A stretch of DNA of 64,000 nucleotides, taken from the human T2T-CHM13v2.0 reference genome, Homo sapiens. The translations under genes were made by a program, and so were the position numbers. The stretch's first letter is position 1, and every line of letters begins with the position of its first letter. Location of the stretch: assembly GCF_009914755.1 (NCBI RefSeq), contig NC_060938.1; one strand, written 5' to 3'. The notes beneath the pieces were generated by a model. It was not told the DNA's origin. It saw only the letters and a list, made by a program, of their open reading frames with translations, and ran no database searches. Positions 44,323 through 58,075 of the stretch are shown here, in pieces.

Positions 44323-45369
44323 TAAGGTTTCCAGTCAGATATAAACTATTTCATCTTTTTCTGGTTATTTTAGCTCTCATTTAAAAAATACTGTATTATT
44401 ATGTCTTAGCTAGCTTCTTTCAAAATTTTTGGCTACCATTATTTATATTTCAATGGGTATCGTTTCACATGGGTCTGCTTCACCTATCTAGAACAACATG
44501 GAGGTGTTCCCTGTCAATCACTTTTTTTTTAAACCAGAGTTCTGCACTTTATAATATCGTTATAAATGGTATGGATAGTTTAAGAGATCTGTTTGGACAT
44601 TAAGCTGCTTGTCAGAGAAAGTAAGTGAGGCAGAGGGAAGCCAGCAATAAATGTTCATTATGCTATCTCTGAGCACTATACTCCCCAATCTACTAATTCA
44701 CGTGCTCCATGGGAGGAAACTCAAATACTGGACCCTTCTTTCAATCTCAGGAAAATTGAGGCCACCTCAAGTTGCACAACCATAGATTCACATGTATCAA
44801 GGATTCATTCTGTTTATCATCTCTGCTTATCTTACTTTCAGCAGCAACTACAGAAGTGACTCCTAGTATGTTCATGTTCCATATTCCATCTTATCAATTT
44901 CATTTTTCTTGATCCTTCTCAATTAAAAAACCATTTGCCTCCTCTTTCACTTGCATGTTCCTCATGATTTTTGAGTGTAGAAAGAGATTTGAAGAGGGAC
45001 AGGCCCTCTTCTTTGCCTATGGAGGACCAATAAATCTGTTCCTCCAATTCTGAAGAGGTGGCAGGAAACTTCCATACCTCCTTACCAACTGGGTTATTCA
45101 CCTTTCTCAAGATTGATGTAGATATGAGTTACATATTGATGGCTTCAAATTTATTCAAACATATTGGCAGTTATTCATAATTTTTGCTGAGAAATTATGT
45201 CTACTCTTTTTTTAATATTGGATTCATTTTTCTTCAATACTTTTGATTCTTTTTGCACATTTCAGTGAATTTTAGAAGCAGTGTTAAGTGCATATGTATT
45301 TCATTTCTCATATCTCTCAGAATTTAATTTTTATTTTGTTTTAGGTCATATATGCCAACAGACAAACAA

Positions 45370-46278
45370 ATGGAAAAACAAAATCAGTCCATGGTGCCTG
45401 AATTTATTTTGTTGGGATTCAAAAATCTCATGAGCTACAGATTTTCTTTATCTTATTTTTCCATTCTCTACATATCCATAATTAAGTAACCTAATCATTA
45501 TCTTTGTAGTGAAACTGGATCCTCAATTGCATTCTCCCATGTACTTCCTACTGGCCAACCTGTCATCTACTGATATGCCCCTGGCCTCCTTTGCTACTCC
45601 TAAGAAAATCGATAATGTAATTAGTGAATATAGGACCATCTCCTATGAAGGCTGCATGACATAGAGATTTTTCCTTCACTTTTTAAGTGGAAGTGAGATG
45701 GTTTTACTCTTAGCCATGGCAATCGATAGATAATTTGCCATATGCAAACCCCTCCATTACAAGTCCATTGCATCGGACTTGCTCCTCGCTCCTGGACTAT
45801 GGATTTCATGCACACCATGAGCCAAATTGTTCTCACAGTGACTTTGCCATTCTGTGGTCTCAGTGTTGTGGATATTTTTGTGTGTGTGTGATCTGCCTTG
45901 TGATAAAACTTGCCTGTACAGACACTTACATCTTGGAGCTATGAGTCATTGCAGACAGTGGACTACTTTCTTTGCTGTGTTTCATGTTTCTGTTAATCTC
46001 CTATAGCACCGTCCTGATTATTATTTGACATCATTCCTCCAGGGGGTCTTCCAAAACTCTGTCCACGCTTTCAGCCCACATTATGGTGGTGGTACTGTTC
46101 TTTGGAGCTTGCATCTTTACCTGTGAAAGACCATTCAGCACTGTCTCCATTGATGTCTGTGTTTTAAACTATTTTTGCTCCCCTTTTAAATCCAATCATC
46201 TACACATTCAGGAATAACGACATGAAGAAAGCATTAAGAAAAATGAAGATTAACTTTGTGAGTTCTAGATCAACTTGA
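45370..46278 (+). pseudogene. OR4U1P: Olfactory receptor family 4 pseudogene with multiple lesions
   Basis: MEKQNQSMVPEFILLGF, then a frameshift near 45425; LHSPMYFLLANLS; stops TAG (45662) and TAA (45731, MAIDR*FAICKPLHY); a deletion after HYKSI; a TG run at 45879-45890; KTLSTLSAH; LLNPIIYTFRN. Acceptor ttttgttttAG at 45343-45344. The symbol is inferred from recalled gene order between OR4K13 and OR4L1. Confidence 0.85.
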
Positions 46279-46867
46279 TAACTAAAATATTATAATCACT
46301 AAAAGCATCATCATTATTGTTGTCATCATCATGATCCAAAGACACTGAAGTGGAGGATTTTTGTACCAAACGTAAGCCATATTTTGGGATATAATAATCG
46401 ATCCCCATGTAAGTGTACATGTAATATAATATTCTGATTTTTCCTCCAAGTACAAACTATTCCAATATGTTATTTGCTTATGTTGTAATTTTATGTTGCC
46501 TATTGATTAAATTATATTTTTAAATGTAATTTATTGAGTGCTATTCATGTATGAGGCACTTTCCATAAATTTTCTCCTATTTCACAACAAGGAAAATAGA
46601 GAATATTATTTACATATTATCAATAGGTAACAAAACTGAGCATTATAAAACGTAATGAAATTGCCACAGAAATATAAGTACTAGATCCAGTATCATATCC
46701 TATACCTAACTATAAAATCTATGTTTTTCTAACTAAAAATGCTTTCCTATCTACATTTTAATAACATAATTTTTTTGTTTTCTGAACACTTCTTTACAGA
46801 TCATAGTCCTCAATAAATAAATCTTTGCAAAAAGAAAATATGTGGTATTTTATTAACCTGAAAGTAA

Positions 46868-47240
<373 letters not shown>

Positions 47241-47934
47241 ACATTTAAGTATTCTTTCACCTCTAATTAAAAAGAGAAGAGCTTATTAAACCAGCCAAGT
47301 TGACTCACTCCAATTATCAATGCATACTAGAATTGCTGTTGTACAGTTGGGTAGGGAAGCCCATGTCTGAAACCCAAGTGATTTGCTGTTGTACCTCATA
47401 TTATTTGCATATCAAGTAGTAAAAATAAGTGAACATTACATCACCTAGGAAAAATAAAATTTTTATTCATTCCACCACGTAAAGAATCACCATCACTGGA
47501 GATCTGAATGCATACAAAGAGGAATAAAATAGGCAGTAAAAGAAGGTAGCCGTGAACATTAATTGTCTCACAATTTGTTAGTAAAATGATGATTTTAGAA
47601 GCTACAAATTTTTTATATAAATTGCATTTGTTCACAAATTCCTGGTTCCTTTTTTCCTTTTTATTTTTTCTTATCAAGGAGACTAATTTACAATTTAGTC
47701 TCTAGGTTACAGAATATTAATGTGGGATTATGAATGAATTCGAAAAGATGGCAACACCGTACAGAAATGGATATAGTAACCAATGAGGATTTTTGGTTTT
47801 CAGTTAGAGAAAGGAGGCCAGAGTGTCTTAATTTGTTTGCAGGATAGATGCATCTTTAGACTGAAGCTATTGTCATTCTTTGGAAGTTTAAATAAATGTA
47901 GAATGATGTGTATTGATACTGAGTAACCAAAGGG

Positions 47935-48470
47935 GAGCATTCTGAATGTTTGTCTGTTGACCTTCAACCCCATGTCAGCTCTATAGTCTTCTCTCTACAG
48001 TAGGGAGTTACAAGCCTGAAAACTGCATTTCCCAGACTCTCTTGTAAACTTATTCCTGTGAGTTTCTGCCAGTAGAAGACATTCATATGATACTGAAAGG
48101 TGAAAAAAAATGAAAAAATGGAGAAGCCTTAGATTTCTCTTCTGTCTTTCTCAGTAACTGTAGCAGGCAACTGTGGACTGTAGAAGTCTTGGTGGGTCCC
48201 AGCAGCATCAGCAATATTGAAGGCTCTTGAAGCTTCCTTAAGTATATGAGCTCTTAATTTTTAATACAGGATAGAGGTTCCAACAGCAGCAATGATGCCA
48301 CTGTGCCAACAGGAATTGTGGGCTCTGTATAATATTGCTTCCTTTTTTTTCTCATCTAGCCTTTAGAGTGGTAGTTGCTTTCTGCAGTAACCTAAATGTT
48401 GATAATATCATCTAACCTTTTTTGTTCCTCATTTCTGAGCTACTCACACATTTTTATTTTCAACTTCCTA
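47935..48470. mobile_element. LTR33-like (ERVL) LTR
   Basis: aagcctgaaaactgcatttcccagactctcttg...gtttctgccagtagaagacatt resembles the recalled LTR33 consensus. Confidence 0.55.
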
Positions 48471-48629
48471 CTATACCCTTCCCCAGCTATCTTGAAGGCA
48501 TCTCAAGCCCAAATGCAAAAAATTAAATTACCTAACTTCCAAAGCCTGTTATTTTTTCTGCACTCCCTATTTGAAGTAATATGATCATTATCAGGCTAAC
48601 ATCCAATCTAGAAGCCAAAGTTGACATTT

Positions 48630-50690
48630 CATAACATATGTAGGTGCTCTTACTAGTGTTCCACATTCTCTGAGGCTCTATTTATTTTTCCTTATTTTTA
48701 TCCCTCTCTGTTGAGATCGCATAATTGCTACAGATATGTTTCCAAGTTAACTGGTGCCAGCTCAAATCTACTGATGAGTTCCTTTATTGATTTCTTCATT
48801 TGAGTTATTATACATTTCAACTTCTGAATTTCCATTTGGTCCTTTTTTTTATAATTTCTATATCTTTATTGATATTCTTTATTTGCTAAGACATGGACTT
48901 CATATATTCCTTTAATTCTTTAGACATGGCTTTCTTTACTTCTCAAAATATATTTATAATAACTGTTTTGAAGTTGCTTTCTACTAGGTGCAATATCTTG
49001 GTTCCCATAAAAGCAGTTTCTATTGGCTTTTTTCATGTAAATGTCACACTTTTGTGTATCTTTGCATTTCTCATCATTTTTCACTTGAACATTGGACATT
49101 TTATTGTAGTAACTCTGATTACTGACCACCACTCCCATCCACTGATGATTTTCTTGTTATTGTTTGTTTAGTTGTTTATTTAATGACTTGGCTTAAACCT
49201 GTGAAGTCGATTTCCCCTGCAGTGTGCAGTGTCTGATGTCTCTACTCCAAATGTATCCCTTTTTAAAATTCTCCTAGCCTGGTACTTGTGGATTATGTCA
49301 AGGACAGCACAAGCTACTTATGGAACAAAGATTTTGCTTAAGTATCCTTCCTGACCAATTAGATTTTTATCCTTTATCACTAGACGTAGGTGTGGCTAGG
49401 AGGCTTCTATCAAACTCAAGAAACTTACATTTTTGCCCCACATTTATTTAGGGACTAGAATGTTCCCTCTCCAATCACTCCTGAGAATTACACACATGTG
49501 GACATTCACTCAGTCCTCCAGACTGCCAGGAATCTGTGTGATTGTATTTGTAAGCATAGCTTCCTAAGAAGTTGCTCTTGGTTCAGTGTAGTTTGTTATT
49601 TAGCTAGTGTTTGCTTAGAGGTTTTGCTTAAGCTTCTTGTGCCAGTAAGCCTTCAACCCTTTGTCAATGGAATTGTGTGTGGCTTTAAGAATGTTTTCAT
49701 TTCTGCCCCATACCTTCCTCTGATTTTCTTCTAAGTGGATGCAGCCAGTACATATCCACAGCGTCTCCTATTCCCAGGACTATCTATGATTCCAGTAGGG
49801 CTCTTATCTGTCTCTTGCCTGATCCTCTTTGATAAACATGTTGACTCTGCCATGTGACATGTTGATACCAGAAACATGGTGCTATCAGCAACTTCTTAAT
49901 TGTTCTCCATCAGCATCTCTGTGGTTTCTGACAATGCCTATAGACATGGAACTCTTGAAGCTCTGTTCCAAATAAAGGTAGGCCCCTCAGGTGGAGCTGC
50001 AGAGTTTTCATCCTTATGGCATGCCTTTCTTCCTGGGCAGAACTTCTGTGCCAGTGCACAAGAGCAGGGACAGCAGCCCACTTCTCCCAAGATGATATGC
50101 CTGCTCTCTGAGTGGGCACTGAGAAGAGTCGAGTCTCTGGTCATCTTGGCTTGCCTTTTCTGGCACAAACGACTGCTGTACAAGCAAGCTAAAAGACAGA
50201 GGTGATAAGAGGGCGCTAGTATTCTCAGCCTGTTCCTGCTCACTCTACAAGTAGATGCTAGGTAGGGAAAGATAGCCTCATCCTCTCCTCAGAGTCTACT
50301 AGGAACAAAGCTTCTGCAATACTTAAGTCCTAACGCTCCCAGGGTGAAACCTGAAACCATAGCCCTCCACCTAAAAGTGAGGGAAGATGGAGTCCTGCCT
50401 TTTTTCCCACACCTGCTTGGAGTACAGCATCCAGAGGAGGGCTTCTATATTACAGGACTGGGAGAGAAATAGGAGAGGAGGTAGCAGTAGCGGCGTGAAA
50501 CCCCAGACTTGCTGTTCTTACAGAGATTTGGAAGACTCTCTTAAGAGTATTTCTCCATTTTCTGTATGCCCTAGGACAATTTCCTGAGGCTTTAAATTAT
50601 TGTCTTTTAGAAGTTTCTCTATCAAATGTTTGTTTTGTTAGGGAAAGACTCCACCAGGCTCCTTACTCTGTCACTCCAAAAGTCTCCAAT
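48630..50690 (-). mobile_element. Old L1M 5'/ORF1 region
   Basis: T-rich ORF1-like antisense sequence (tctgaggctctatttatttt, atttcaacttctgaatttccatttgg, tatttataataactgttttgaag) followed by a GC-richer 5'UTR-like part. Confidence 0.6.
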
Positions 50691-52976
50691 TTTTATTACA
50701 AAAGCATCTGATTCTGATGCAAATATCTGCAGACAATATTTTGGAACTCCACATTCTACTCCATATGCACTGTCATCAGTGATGCAGTTCTGTTATCTCA
50801 TCTTCACAATTCCATCTGATAATTTAACCATACCCTCCTCCTCATCACTTTCTACAGCCTCAGGTCAGGCTTTCACCATTTCTTACTTGGATTGTTAAAA
50901 TGACACAGTAATTACTTCTCAGAACCACTACCATAGCCTTCTAAAAAGTCAATTTTCTTCATAGCCTCTAATTTACCACTTCCATAGTTGCCAACTAACT
51001 ATAATATATATTCCATATTGCTTTGATTGATATCTCAGATCTTTGAAAATTCTTATCTGACTTTTCTGTCCTTACTGAAAACTCTCCCTTCTTCACGACT
51101 CCACGAATCTATGGTATATTTCAAACATACTAGATATTTTCTGTTCACTTCTATGTCACAATATTTTAGGCTCCCATAAATTCCTACATATAATTATTTC
51201 TGCCTAGAATTTTCTTCTGGTTTCTCTTAGCAGTTTCTATTGCCTTTAAAGTCTCTATTTATCATTAAAGGCAAAACTGTTCGTGAAAGAGGGGTCTCTT
51301 TTATAAGAAAATTTGCAAACTCCACAAAACAGAGTTTGACTCATGCCATATCTGTATTACTACGCTCAGCATTTTATTATTTGGGGTCAGCCTCCAATGA
51401 TAAAGCTCCCTGAGGACAAGTTCCTGACATACAGTTTAGGCTCAATAAAGCTTTGAGCTTTGCTGAGTTCAATACTTAGCTTCAAGGCCTTATTTTAGTC
51501 CCTTGTGAACTACTTGTGGATAATTTCCTTATTTCTTGGAACAAGATCTACACTATAAGTACTTATGCCGCCAGAAAACAAATTTGAAATTAGAACAGCT
51601 TAATTTGTCATCCAGTAAAATCTTCAAAGAAAATCAAAAGAGAATACATACAACATCAGAGAGTTGAAGGACATCAGTGAAGAAGCAGCAAATTTATTAA
51701 ATCCACCAAAAATAAGACGTTAAACTAGGGGTAGAGATGTTTGATAAATACAATACCTGCCACCAGTGAATATACGGTAAAGGGAATATAAATTGAAAGT
51801 ATTAAGTACTTGAGACAGGGAAGGAATATTTCAAGAATCACAGAATTTTATTTTAGTCAATAAGTTAGGCTAAACCTTTAATCAACCAATAAAAACAAGA
51901 AAACTATGAGTCCGGGAAGTACAGGACCTGGAGGAATATTTAATTGGGTCAGAATCCACATTTGATCCAAAAAAGAAGACTGAGTTAGCCAGTTACTTAA
52001 ACTTATTTTCCCAAGGCACGGTGAATACATTTAAAGCTGCCTGCAGACAAGCAAGTAACAAAATAAATATAAGAATATCTGTTTATCTCTTTTAATTTGA
52101 AAAGATAAATTTTTAGAAAGCTTTACTAATATTTAATAGACATTATTTTTGGTGCCCTAGCTGAATCTGTATTTTATCTGGTCATGTGTTATACATGATG
52201 TTTAACATTTTCTAAGGAAAGTACAGGTCAACCAAAAGGCAGAGGGGTTGAAAGCAGTTCCCTTCTCATTCATTTGCTTTGAGCATATTGTTATATATTG
52301 CAACTTTGGTGTGCCCAATTAAGGGGAAGAGAGAGATTAAAGATTATTTTATATTATTTTAGCTCAATTTGTTCTCCAAAAATTTATAAGGGGCTTATAA
52401 AAATATTTTTGCACTTTAACTTTGGATTGAAGATAATTCTAATGATTAAAACTCGCATGAACAATTATAAAATGACTGTGATAATAATTCTACACATAGT
52501 AGGAATTCACTCTGTCAGCTACATTACAAAGTAAAACAACAAAATTTAACTATCTGAACTGATAATAAGCAAGCTAAAAACATTCTGTTATTAAGAAATA
52601 TTATCTTACAATATGGATTTACTTTTGTTATTAATATTGAACTTGACAATCTGTACTGTGCCTTGATTTATTAGCTAGTGATATTATGAAGTCATCATGA
52701 TCAGCAAAACATTTAAAAAGTAAATATGTACAACAAAATAAATGTATATAATTTTCTTTGTAATATCTCTAGTTATGGAGGACTTTACATTTTTAGCTAA
52801 ATGTAATAAAAAGTGTTTAAATTTTTCTTACCAAATAGCAAAATAACAAAAGTAATATTTCACTGAGAAAATACTTATGTTCTCTGCCACTGTATAAATG
52901 GTTATAATGAGCAACATGATATAAATAAATGCACTCCTTGTTAGCAAATGCTATCAAACATGGTAGAAGTATGGGT

Positions 52977-53302
<326 letters not shown>

Positions 53303-53899
53303 TGTATGGGTGATTCTAACATTTATAATAAAAAAAATTTAAATTAACTGTTATGACTCCTTCAATAAAAGAGTCTATGAGAAAAATCTAGATTAAGCCA
53401 TAGGTTAAGTGGTGAATTTAACAGGGACTAAGCAAAGACTTCGAAATAGTGACAAATGTCAATTAATTTGAATTTATTCACAACATCCCTTGATAGCAAG
53501 TTATTCAAATAAACTATGAAGCCTGAGATATGTGGTGTACCAGAATCATCAATATGATTAATTTTGTAAAAGCAACATCTTGTAAAACAAATATTTATTG
53601 TATATTGTATAGTAAAATGGCAATAATTATGAAACTCTTTTTTGCTACAGATAGATATTCTCTGAATATCTCAAAGCAAGGTACCTAATCAAAAAATAAT
53701 TGTTTATATTTTGGTGAACACAAAACAATTGTATCATTTCTAATGTCAAACTTTAAATTATTCAACACAACTTACTTTCAAATTTCTACTTCTTTAGTAT
53801 GCTTTCTTTATACATATTATTCACTTTTAATAGTACATTTATAACATATGCATGTAAATTATTTATATTGAAGAACTATGTGCAGAAAAGTTTGAAGAT

Positions 53900-54350
53900 T
53901 ATCCTTCTTAAGAATTACCCACAAAGTTCCTAGAGGGAAGATAAGAGGAGAGCTTGAGAGTCATGTGAGGGAAAGGAAGTTCCATTAAATCAAAGCTGTC
54001 TACTCTATACTTACTATATCACAGCCAATCAACCAACACTTCCATGGCTATTTTAATCAAGCTACCACTCAGAGAGAGCCACAGCATCTTATAGGGCCAG
54101 AAATCAGATGTAAACATCTCTCCCAGTCATACTAGGGCAGAAGCCTCAGTGGTTTAACAAGTTCCACTGAAATTTGGATTCCCAGAGCTCCAGCAAATCT
54201 GCCCCCAAAGTGGTTCACATCTTTTTTAAAAAGACAGAAAGTAGAATGCGGAATCATATATGGGGCATCACAGAGAATAAAAAGATTTTTAATTTTGAAT
54301 AACCTCTTGAGCAACTTGTTCCTCATACTGTGCCTTTAAAACAGGTAAGT
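53900..54350 (+). promoter_or_regulatory. Candidate OR4L1 promoter and 5' non-coding exon
   Basis: Perfect donor CAG|GTAAGT at 54344/54345. O/E-like TTCCTAGAGGGA (53927) and TTCCCAGAG (54179). TAAT/ATTA cores in non-repeat sequence. Confidence 0.45.
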
Positions 54351-55034
54351 AAAACTATTGTAGCGAGCTGATTTATTAGAACTTCAATATACTGAGGATG
54401 ATATTTTAATTAGTTTTGTTTTGGCTGGAAGGAAAAGGCTTTGGCATGTAAGGTATTAGATCCTCTTTAATTGGGAGGTCACATAATAGTATCTCAGAAA
54501 GAGCTGAAATTAACAATTTATATGAAAATTGAAAGAAAATATGCCCTCAAAATGATACTGGAGAGTAAAATTGGGCCGTAGATGGTAAGTGATTAAGTAT
54601 GATGAATAAACAAAAAAAAGGTAAATTCTGATCATTAAGAAAAACTCGTACTATCATTGAAAATAATAGAAAAGCTAGCAACTCTTTTTTGCAAGTAGGG
54701 AATATTTTTTCTTTTCGTAAACTTTCAGGTGTTGACAGAACATGCAAATAAACATACCACGTTGACAATTGAAGAAGGAACTGCAGAGAGACAGAATTAG
54801 TGATCATAATTAGATATTAGGAAAATCTCCATGTAAAACTTACCATTAAACAATAATACAACGGAGATCTTACAGAAATGAGGAAGAAGTCCTTAGAAGA
54901 TGTCCATAGCCAAGGGAATAAAGAAAATGTAAATAATTTAGAAAATTCAATATGAGTATTCTAAACAGTAGAGAAAGCAGAATAGCAAGCTTCCAAATCC
55001 AGATGGCAGCTAAAAATATAAATTCAAATAGAGG

Positions 55035-55146
55035 AATTTTAAAACTAGATTAAATTTTAAAACTAGATTAAAACTAGAAATTTTAAATTTTAAGTTTTAA
55101 ATTTTAAAACTTAAGTTTTTAAGAAATTTTAAAACTAGATTAAATT
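55035..55146. repeat. AT-rich repeat of AATTTTAAAACTAGATT-type units with self-complementary parts
   Basis: Seen directly. Confidence 0.8.
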
Positions 55147-55294
55147 GGATTTGCTATATGTCCTTGATTATTTCAGAGTGAAATATATTTGAGTTCAAGA
55201 AGCTGGACAGTACTAGAAAACTGTATTTAAAAATACTAAATTAAATTATTTAAGAGAATTGTAACTTTAGGGAGAAAACAAAAAAGTGTAAAAT

Positions 55295-55665
55295 AGTTGA
55301 ATTTTTATTGCATATAATTCATATACTAAAAAATTCACCCATTTTAAGTAGACATTTCAATTATTATTATATTTGCATAGTTGTGCAACCATCACCACAA
55401 TCTTATCAATCCATTTTCATCACCACAAAAAGAAACATCATGCCCATTTACAGCAAGCTTTGGCCAAAAGCTAGCACTAATATCCTTTCTGTCTCTATAG
55501 ATTTGCCTTTACTGGACATTTTCTTTTTTTTTTTAATTTTATTATTATTATACTTAAGTTTTAGGGTACATGTGCTTTTCTATAAGTAGAATTATATAGC
55601 CTGTGGTCTTTTGTGTCAGACTTATTTTACTAAGCATAATGGTTTTGAGATTCATCTGTTTTAGT
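55295..55665 (-). mobile_element. Old L1M 3' fragment containing a ~55-bp L1PA 3' tip (55522-55575)
   Basis: aaattcacccattttaagt...gttgtgcaaccatcaccaca...tctgtctctatagatttgcct. The insert is poly(T) followed by attattattatacttaagttttagggtacatgtgc. Confidence 0.8.
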
Positions 55666-57016
55666 ATAATTAGGTATAATTTTTTTAAAATAATAAAATC
55701 AGTCAAAATTGAAATTATTTTCTTCAAATGGCTAGAAGAAAAAGAAAAGCAAATATTTACTTTAGCAAATTATTTTTATATTAAGTAATACGTATCATAT
55801 ATGCATGGGCAAGAGCAGAAATGTTTATATTCAATTACTTAATAAAATGAGTCTCGGTTAATTACTTTCATAAGAGGGGTTTATACGAAAAATTCCCAGG
55901 ATTGTAATCTTGGATTTACACAAATGACATAGATTCAACACATACCCCCTCAGTGCCAATCTTCTGCCTTGCCAGGAGTTTATACCCACACCATCTCACC
56001 TAATACTCATGACCTCTTGGGGGTGGTTCTGCCTCTATGACCTGGGAAGATTTACTTAATTATGTGGATCTTGATTTTTCATTTACTAAACAAGATGTGT
56101 AGAATAATAGATTACAAAGTTCCCTCTCAGCCCTAATATATTATTCTACTTTCAATTTCCTTCAGAGCATATCATAAATTATTTAGTAAAAGTAATTATT
56201 ATAAAATGTACAATTGATTATTCAATGGAAAGAAAATTGTTCTCATTAATAGAATTATCTAAGCCATATGATAATTTATTTTCATTAATCTACTTAGCTT
56301 TTGTACACTCAAGTATAATAATAGGTATACTGTATTAAGTGTAGACTAGAGAAACAGTTTTAGAAAGCATGCTTACAAAGGGAGAAGAGTAATAAGAGAA
56401 GCAAATGCTGAGAAAGCCATCAACATAAATTAATGCCAGCTTTTCCTCTGAAATAAAAGGCCAAAATAAAGCTTTTTAAATCAACTTATGTTTAATTGTA
56501 TTGATTTCTTACCCAAGTTTTTCTGTTGTCACTGTATCACAGGGCATAAAATCCCATGTAGCAAAGCTATTCACCCTCAAATTACAGCTGTTATCTTCAT
56601 TCTGTCTAGCAATTGTCAACTCTTGTTGTTTTCCCAAGTATATCTAGTTATTGTTACTGCTGTTATAAAAGTCTCAAAAGCAAAATTCTTGCTCCTTTAC
56701 ATGACAAGCATGCAACACAACCCTGTAAAGCAGGTGTGGCCACCCATGCAGCCTCCTCCAGGGCCACAGCCTGTCATTGAGTACCCATTCAGTGTGTTCC
56801 TACAGGTTGACCTACAGGAACCTTACATCATCTTTATTTTCTCTAATTTGTTACCATTATCCATTTCTCAAAAATATCTAAGATATGAAAACAATAGAGG
56901 CAGTTACGTTTGGATGATGATAATACAATATTTTGACAGAAAACTGAGGAAGAATGCAAACAAGGAGAGAATTACAGGTCATTGGAGAAAAGAAACCAGT
57001 CACTTCCTATTCATCG

Positions 57017-57130
57017 AAATATCTTAATCCAGTCTCCTTTCTAAACATGTCACTCTTGATATGCACTGCTCATCTAAATATCTTAATCTAGTCTCCTTTC
57101 TAAACATATCACTCTTGATATGCACTGCTC
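57017..57130. repeat. 59-bp tandem duplication
   Basis: aaatatcttaatc(c/t)agtctcctttctaaacat(g/a)tcactcttgatatgcactgctc at 57017 and 57076. Confidence 0.93.
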
Positions 57131-57574
57131 TTCATTCTTTTCCTTTTATAGATGCTCACACATTTTCTACTCCTCATTCTTTTTTGTTTGCTTACCATAA
57201 AACTTGGTTTTTACAAGTGTTTTGAAGATAATACAACCAAGCCTGAAGTCATATCTAAAAGTGTCACTTGAAATTGATCTCTGTTTTTCTGAACCTCTTA
57301 AGACATTTTGCATATACCTTGTACCAAATTACATGTGTTCTCACATGGCTCATTTGCTATTTTTTGTTTGATAATCATGTCTCTCTAGATTGTAAACTCT
57401 CTAGATATAGGGCATTCATTCTGTATGAGAAAATAATGCAGTTAATTGTAACATAGAGGGATGATCCCAACATACTTGTTGAATCATATCCCCAAACCCA
57501 CTCATATGGACCATACAAATTCAATCAATAATTAATACTTTGGCTGTAAGTATATAGCAATTTAATTTTTGAGA

Positions 57575-57812
57575 CAATACGGTGTATTGGTATAAGCCCA
57601 GGTTCTGGTGTCAAACTAACTCAGCTTGAATACTAGCTCTCATCCATGTTAGCTGTGTAACCATGAATACGTCATTAACTATTTGAATGTCACAGTTTCC
57701 TTACATGCAACATGAAGAAAAAAATAGCACTTACATCATGGTATGAGCATTAAAAAAATTAATGTATATGAAACACTTAGAATGGAGCCTGGCACATACT
57801 AATCACTTAATT
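57575..57812 (+). mobile_element. MIR
   Basis: ttgaatactagctct...ttagctgtgtaacc...cagtttccttacatgcaacatg...acacttagaatggagcctggcacata. Confidence 0.8.
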
Positions 57813-58075
57813 GTTGTTGACCACTTTCGATCACTCTAGATTCTATGAACATTGTCTAAAAAACTGAGTAACAATGATTTAGTGTTAAACTTTACATCCA
57901 AACAGAAGTAATACATTGGACTAAATCACTTTACTATTTACTTCTAAACCACCACATCTGTACACATATACACAATGCACAAGCTCCTCACTGTGAACAA
58001 TGGTAACACAGAGGATTTGAAAAAACAAGCGCAAACAATCTGAAGCTGAGTCCATGTTTCTTGTAATTCTCAGTA

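Noticed and set aside
49900-50590. Cluster of short ORFs in a GC-richer stretch
   Set aside because: Best explained as an old L1 5' region; no coherent protein.
56488-57027. 179-aa ORF in non-repeat DNA
   Set aside because: No recognisable domain, homology or coding-like composition. An ORF of this length can occur by chance.
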